A stretch of 64,000 nucleotides of DNA. It comes from Folioceros fuciformis. Taxonomy: Eukaryota. Position numbers and translations under genes: made by a program. The notes beneath the pieces are model-generated. The model made no database searches and was not told where the DNA came from. It saw only the letters and a list, made by a program, of their open reading frames with translations. Of the stretch, positions 58,580 to 64,000 are shown piece by piece (within the stretch, counting starts at the first letter, position 1; every line of letters starts with the position of its first letter). Location: assembly GCA_049999805.1 (NCBI GenBank), contig JBNGIO010006139.1, positions 51,034-115,033 of the forward strand, in the 5' to 3' direction.

Positions 58580-60418
58580 TCAAACCTTCCTGCACACATC
58601 ACCCTCACACACAAACCCTTCCTTCACATCATGTCCAGCACCTTCCTCTTCCCCAGCACCATCTGCAGGGGGCACTGCCGGAGGTTCGCTAAGCTTTGCA
58701 CTGCAATGGACGTGAACGTCGTAGCTGCATTCGTCACAGCGGTAAGCCCAGCGCCGTCCTGTGGTCTCGCAAATGTCACACTCGAACTGCCCGCTAACGT
58801 ATGGAACCCTCATAAGCACCAGGGGATGCGGATGGCCACCGACCGTGACCTCCTTAGCGTACTTCTGCACCTCTGCATCCTCCTCCTCGTGCAACTCCTC
58901 CTCACGCTCCTTGGAGAAGGGATAAGCTTTGGCTCCGAAAGCTTCCACCAACGCGGTGGCGTCGAGCGTGACAACAGACTTCCCATCAGGAGCAAGAATC
59001 ACCAACGTCGGCGTGCCTTCCGCATCAAATGTGGACTCAACCTCATCCGCCTTCTCCCTCTCAGCGTACGGCAGCGCCAGCCACGGCATTTCCGCGTGGT
59101 ACTCACGGAAGCTTTCCTCATTCCTGTCGCGGGACACGAACACCACCTCAAACGGCTTCCCCTGCTCCTTCAGCTCGTTGTAGACCTTCACCAACTTGGG
59201 AGTGAAATCCCGGCAAGCCGGAGACCACTGGGTCGAGAAGTACAGACCAACCGTCTTCCCGAGCAAGGAGGCAACCTTAGTCTCCTCCCCAGCTTGATTC
59301 ACCAGAAAGTCCCGCTCCTCCGTCACCAGCGCCTTCTCCAAGGTCCTCCTAGCAACCTTGATCTGCTCCAGCTCCGCAAACCTCTCCGGTGTGTACGGGA
59401 ATCCCTCGGCTCCATGCCTCTTCACCAGGCCCACGGCGTTGCTGTGCGTCGTCTTGCCGTGCTCATCCAGCAGCACCAGGCTAGGGATGCCGCAGACTTC
59501 GAAGTAATTGTCGAGACGGGACTTTGTGCGCTTATCCGAGAAGGGAACCGCCGGCCATGGCATCGTCTCGAGGTATTCCTTGAAGGCCTCTTCATTCCCA
59601 TCTCCCGACACAAATACCACCTCCAGTTCCTGCTTCTCCTCCTTCAGCTTCTTGTAAACGTCCGCTAGGAATGGCGTGAATTTCCGGCACGGAGGACACC
59701 AGTGCGCAGAGAAATAGATCCCCACCCTCTTCCCCTCTAGATCTGAAACCTTCACTTTGCTTCCGTCAGCTCGAACAAGAGAATCCCTCCCTTCTTCCGG
59801 CAAGAACAAGGACTGAATCGTCTGATTCGCCTTCGCCGCCTCCATCTCCTCCACCAGCTCCTGCACTCGCTCGTCCGTGAAGGGGAAGGCATCGGCTCCC
59901 CATTTCTCCACGATCGGCCACGCCGGCTCGCGACTGAACCTGCCGTCGGCTCCCACGAACGAGAGGCTGAAGATCCCCAGCCGGAACAGCTCCTCAATCT
60001 TGCTGCGGACGGCGGCGCTTCCGAGCGGCACCGCCAGCCATCCGGCGGGCATCTTCTGCAGCACATCCTTGAAAGACTCCTCGTCCGGCCTCCGATCTAC
60101 CTGGCTGCCTTCCCCGAACTTCTCCAGGGACTCGATCACGCCCTCATTGCGGTCCACAGTCGAGTATACGATCACCAACGGCTTGCCCTTCTCAACCAGC
60201 GACTCGTACGGATCCACGAGCAACGAAACAGCTTCGATGAGGCGAGAAGGCAGCCAGTGCGGCCCGACCACAAATCCAACCACCTTCCCTTTGATTTCAT
60301 CGTACTTGAACTCCTTTCCAGCTCCGTTCACCAGTACATCTCCATCCCCGGGAAACAGCAAACTTTGCAAATCCACCTCCGTAACGCTTGCAGCATCGTT
60401 GTCCCGCTCCACCTCCAT
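58580..60418 (-). CDS. NRX1: Nucleoredoxin (three thioredoxin-like domains + C-terminal C1/DC1 zinc domain), intronless
   Basis: GKRVGIYFSAHWCPPCRKFTP, GKTVGLYFSTQWSPACRDFTP, HPHPLVL...FECDIC...YRCDECSYDVHVHC and C-terminal GFVCEGDVCRKV. ATG at 60418. Confidence 0.92.
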   Translation of the reverse strand: MEVERDNDAASVTEVDLQSLLFPGDGDVLVNGAGKEFKYDEIKGKVVGFVVGPHWLPSRLIEAVSLLVDPYESLVEKGKPLVIVYSTVDRNEGVIESLEKFGEGSQVDRRPDEESFKDVLQKMPAGWLAVPLGSAAVRSKIEELFRLGIFSLSFVGADGRFSREPAWPIVEKWGADAFPFTDERVQELVEEMEAAKANQTIQSLFLPEEGRDSLVRADGSKVKVSDLEGKRVGIYFSAHWCPPCRKFTPFLADVYKKLKEEKQELEVVFVSGDGNEEAFKEYLETMPWPAVPFSDKRTKSRLDNYFEVCGIPSLVLLDEHGKTTHSNAVGLVKRHGAEGFPYTPERFAELEQIKVARRTLEKALVTEERDFLVNQAGEETKVASLLGKTVGLYFSTQWSPACRDFTPKLVKVYNELKEQGKPFEVVFVSRDRNEESFREYHAEMPWLALPYAEREKADEVESTFDAEGTPTLVILAPDGKSVVTLDATALVEAFGAKAYPFSKEREEELHEEEDAEVQKYAKEVTVGGHPHPLVLMRVPYVSGQFECDICETTGRRWAYRCDECSYDVHVHCSAKLSEPPAVPPADGAGEEEGAGHDVKEGFVCEGDVCRKV

Positions 60419-60880
60419 CTCCACCAAACCCCAGCAATTCACACGGATGCAACCCAAATTCGGCTCTGTAGGCCAACGTAGAGTGGCGCACACCGAAGCG
60501 ATGACTCGTCTAAGAAAGATAAGGACAGACGGTAATAATAAGGTTCCCGGTTCCCTTCTATGCAGCCACTAGGAAGGTGCAGTGCTCTGTTGACTTTCGC
60601 AATGCCAAGGTCAAGTCAAGACATCCGAAGTGCACTGTTGCACTGTGTTTCGTGTGAAGACATCTGTTGAGCTCTGTTGCACTGCGTGAAATCATCTGCA
60701 GTGCTTTGCTGCTGTGCCTTCAAGACTGACTTCTTTCTCTTTGAGACAGAGGAAGAGGGGTCAGGCTCTCTCCACACATAGCTCCTAAACGCGTCAATTG
60801 TCCGGGAAGAGGAAATTTACCCTTCACCACTCTGTTGAAGAGAGTGTCACAAAATCGTTCCACATACATATATACACAAG

Positions 60881-60952
60881 AGCCTCCACTGAGGATCGAA
60901 CTCAAGACCTTCAGTTTACAAGACTGACGCTCTACCACTGAGCTATAAAGGC
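60881..60952 (-). tRNA. tRNA-Thr (anticodon UGU)
   Basis: Minus strand reads GCCTTTA TA GCTC AGTGGTA GAGC G TCAGT CT-TGT-AA ACTGA AGGTC TTGAG TTCGATC CTCAG TGGAGGC T. This folds as a full cloverleaf with A/B boxes, an upstream CAA and a T4 run about 25 nt downstream. Confidence 0.95.
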
Positions 60953-61004
60953 TTTGACACAGAAAATTGTTTCGTAAATATTCCATCTCTGCATCCGAGG
61001 AGAA

Positions 61005-63749
61005 TTATGTGCCGCAGAAACGAGTCCTTTTGGCCGTGGCGCCTTCGCCAGCGACTGGGGGATCACTCTGAAATCGCCTGCCTTCAAGATATGGTTGCTT
61101 TCTATCCCGAACCACAAAGGTGTGCACCAGCCCGTCCCCATCAGTCCAAGAGCTCTGGCCTGGCTCCTTCCACGCCCCAATCTTTTTCCTCCTCGTCTGT
61201 ACCTCTTGTGCCTTCTCCCACATCAAGGCACTGGAATATATGTTGGCCATCAGCACATACGCCGATGCATCCGTTTCGTCTAGCTTTACAGCTTGGTCGA
61301 AAGCATGGCGTCCGACCTCGACGTCCCTCCACTTCTGAGACGCACCCAACAGAGAGTGCCAAACTGAAATATGGGGCTGAACAGGGATCGTCCTCGCCAC
61401 TGCAAGTGCCTTGTGAAGTTGGCCAGCACGGCTCAGGAGATCCACCATGCACGAATAGTGCTCCATCGTGGGAGTGATGCCGTAGTGTGCGCTCATAGCC
61501 TCAAAGTGAGCTTGCCCCTTGTTTACCAGCCCTGCATGACTGCACACTGTGAGTACATTAAGAAGAGTGACGCTGTCCGGTTGGATGCCATCCTCCTGCA
61601 TCATGCGAACCAAGTGCAGAACCCTGTCGCTGTCCCCTTGACGGGCGTATCCTGAAATCAGCGCATTCCAGCTGACAAGATCTCTCTCGGGCAGTGAGTA
61701 AAACACTTGTTGTGCGTCAACCATGCTTCCAGATTTTGCGTACATGTTTATCAAGCTGTTGCCTACATTCTCATCAGCTAGAAGCCCTTGCTCTTTAATC
61801 TGTCTGTGAAGTTGCCTTCCTGTATCCAGAGCTGCCACAGTTGCACATGCCTGCAGCAGGGAAACGAATGTCGCAGAATGAGCAGCGATGCCTGCTTCTT
61901 GCATAGCTCTGTAGAGAGCAAAGGCTTCCTGACTCAAGCCCTGCTGAGAATATTGAGCTATCAGAGAAGTCCATGTAACCACGTTCTTTACAGGAAGGCT
62001 GTCGAACACAGTCTGGGCATCCTGTACACTGCCACACTTCCCATACATGTTGACCAAACTGCAGCCTACAACCACGTCGACCTGGATTCCTTGTTCTCCA
62101 ATCTGTGCATGAAGCCGCTTCCCCATCTCCAAAGCAGGAGTCCCGACAGCTGCACATGCTTGCAGGAGACATACAAACGTTACAGAATCCGGTGCAGCAA
62201 TACCTTCGTCTTGCATAGAAAAGTACACATGAAGGGCTTCCTCACCCATACCCTGCTGCGCATACCCTGCTATCATGGCCGTCCATGTCACTACATTTCT
62301 TCCTCTGAGTTCATCAAACACGCTCTGAGCATCCTTTAAGCTGCCGCACTTTGAGTACATGTTTATAAGATTGTTGCCTACATTCATCTCAGCTTGAAGT
62401 CCACGTTCCTCGATCTCATGGTGAAGCTCCTTTCCCTTCTCCAATGCTGCCGTACCGACACTTGCACAGGCCTGCAAGAGACACACAAATGTCACGGTAT
62501 CGGGTGCAGCAATGCCTTCTAGCTGCATGATACCGTACAGTTCAAGTGCCTTGCCACCCATACCCTGCTGGCAATATCCTGCTATCAAAGCCGTCCATGC
62601 CACCACAGGCTTCTGAGCAAGTTCGTCAAAAACACTATGCGCATCCTCTAGACTGCCACACTTTGCATACATGTTCACGAGGCTACACCCCACAACCACA
62701 TCAGCCTGAAGTCCTCGTTCCCTAATCTGTACGTGAAGTTGTTTCCCTTTCTCCAAACCTTTGGTACCAACACTTGCGCAAGCCTGCAGAAGGCACACAA
62801 ATGTCACAGAGTTGGCTGCCACAACACCTTCTTCCAACATAGCACCGTAGAAACGAAAGGCCTCCTGGTCCATGCCCTGCTGTGAGTATCCGCAAATCAT
62901 TGCAGTCCAAGTCACCACATCTTTCCGACGTAGTCCATCAAACACTCTCTGAGCATCTCCCAAGCTGCCGCACTTCGCGTACATATCCACCAGGCCATTG
63001 CAAAGATAAGACCCCGGCTCAACTCCACTGGCCAACAAATCAGCATGCACCTGCTGCCCACTCTTCAAGTCCGCCGCCCTTGCACAAGCCTGCAGGGCTG
63101 CCACAAAAACATGCTCATCTGGCTTCACACTCGACCCCCGCATCTGATGGTACAGGTCTATAGCCTGCTTAGCTTCTCCATGTTTCACATAAGCAGAAAT
63201 CATAGCAGACCACGTGAACCGGTCTGGGTCAGTAACCACCGAGAAGACCACCGTGGCTTCTTCTAACCTGCCATGAGAAGCATACATTCTCAGGAGATGA
63301 TTGCACAAGAACGTGTCCGACTCGTACCCAAACTCCACCATCAGAGCATGAAGACGCCGACCCAGACTCAGATCCTTCTTTCCCACACATTTCCTCAGAA
63401 GACTATACAACACAGGTTTCACACCATGGCACCCTGTCTGTGCCAGAACTCCCAGAGCCTCAAAGGCCTCATTCAGCTGACCGTGCTCACATAATCTGCT
63501 TACAGTGTCAACCCTAACAGTCGTTTCCAATCCTTCAGAAGTAGGGGTAAGCCGACCCATCTGCATGACCAGGGCAGCCTGCTGGACCCGGCTGTAATGT
63601 TTCCCAAGCGCAAACAAGCCTCCGTCATGTTGCCTGCTACCGCAACTAGGTGGTTGCTCCTGAAAATAAAGTCCCCATAGTAGCTCTGCTCTGCCAGAGC
63701 TGTGATTAGCCACACACTTTCCTGTCCAACCGAAGGTCATGGCACTCAT
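61005..63749 (-). CDS. PLS-class PPR editing factor with E1/E2 and a truncated DYW (WW-subtype-like) stump
   Basis: PLS array, E domain (VWHSLLGASQKW...AYVLMANIY) and KEPGQSSWTDGDGLVHTFVVRD. No HxE or CxxC motif before the stop. Confidence 0.92.
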   Translation of the reverse strand: MSAMTFGWTGKCVANHSSGRAELLWGLYFQEQPPSCGSRQHDGGLFALGKHYSRVQQAALVMQMGRLTPTSEGLETTVRVDTVSRLCEHGQLNEAFEALGVLAQTGCHGVKPVLYSLLRKCVGKKDLSLGRRLHALMVEFGYESDTFLCNHLLRMYASHGRLEEATVVFSVVTDPDRFTWSAMISAYVKHGEAKQAIDLYHQMRGSSVKPDEHVFVAALQACARAADLKSGQQVHADLLASGVEPGSYLCNGLVDMYAKCGSLGDAQRVFDGLRRKDVVTWTAMICGYSQQGMDQEAFRFYGAMLEEGVVAANSVTFVCLLQACASVGTKGLEKGKQLHVQIRERGLQADVVVGCSLVNMYAKCGSLEDAHSVFDELAQKPVVAWTALIAGYCQQGMGGKALELYGIMQLEGIAAPDTVTFVCLLQACASVGTAALEKGKELHHEIEERGLQAEMNVGNNLINMYSKCGSLKDAQSVFDELRGRNVVTWTAMIAGYAQQGMGEEALHVYFSMQDEGIAAPDSVTFVCLLQACAAVGTPALEMGKRLHAQIGEQGIQVDVVVGCSLVNMYGKCGSVQDAQTVFDSLPVKNVVTWTSLIAQYSQQGLSQEAFALYRAMQEAGIAAHSATFVSLLQACATVAALDTGRQLHRQIKEQGLLADENVGNSLINMYAKSGSMVDAQQVFYSLPERDLVSWNALISGYARQGDSDRVLHLVRMMQEDGIQPDSVTLLNVLTVCSHAGLVNKGQAHFEAMSAHYGITPTMEHYSCMVDLLSRAGQLHKALAVARTIPVQPHISVWHSLLGASQKWRDVEVGRHAFDQAVKLDETDASAYVLMANIYSSALMWEKAQEVQTRRKKIGAWKEPGQSSWTDGDGLVHTFVVRDRKQPYLEGRRFQSDPPVAGEGATAKRTRFCGT

Positions 63750-64000
63750 GTTGCATCTCGCGGCTCTAGTTTGGAAACGTCTGGAAAATCACATTCAGGT
63801 GGGCGGACGCTGTTCTTGCAACATCGCCAATCCGTTGAGTCCGCCAAACTTGTTCCCCAAACAGATACTGTGGCCCTGGGGACCCCAGACTCCCAAAAGC
63901 CAAGACCCGGGTGGGCACACAGCGCATCCCACCAATGCATCTGGCTACGGGACGCAATGTGCGAGTTCATGGGATTCTTCGACCCATTCGGGAAGGATCA

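Overview
Gene-dense nuclear DNA from a land plant, with short GT-AG introns of about 90-130 nt, roughly 50% GC and five N-gaps. It carries two PLS-class PPR genes with the DYW:KP (U-to-C editing type) domain and one with a DYW:WW-like stump. Together with the compact layout, this points to a hornwort (inference). Genes in order: plastid sigma factor SIG5, a NIP aquaporin, a PPR-SMR protein, LPA3/DUF1995, CCDC47, IspD/MCT, a large TPR-DnaJ protein, DYW:KP PPR #1, a Josephin deubiquitinase, DYW:KP PPR #2, a multi-TM protein, an orphan ORF, 5-formyl-THF cycloligase, UTP7/WDR46, FAM135, mARC/MOSC, a CDC25 phosphatase, nucleoredoxin, tRNA-Thr(UGU) and a PLS-E PPR, plus several minisatellites. The standout is a spliced gene at about 57000-58068, largely invisible in the ORF track, encoding a canonical animal/fungal-type CDC25 catalytic domain (HCEFSSSR, CDK-docking residues retained); angiosperms are generally held to lack this enzyme. 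Other oddities are a Josephin/DYW:KP coding overlap, a histone-H3-like MARTK N-terminus on UTP7, and an F/A/T/R NIP filter. All family calls come from motif recognition by eye; no searches were run.
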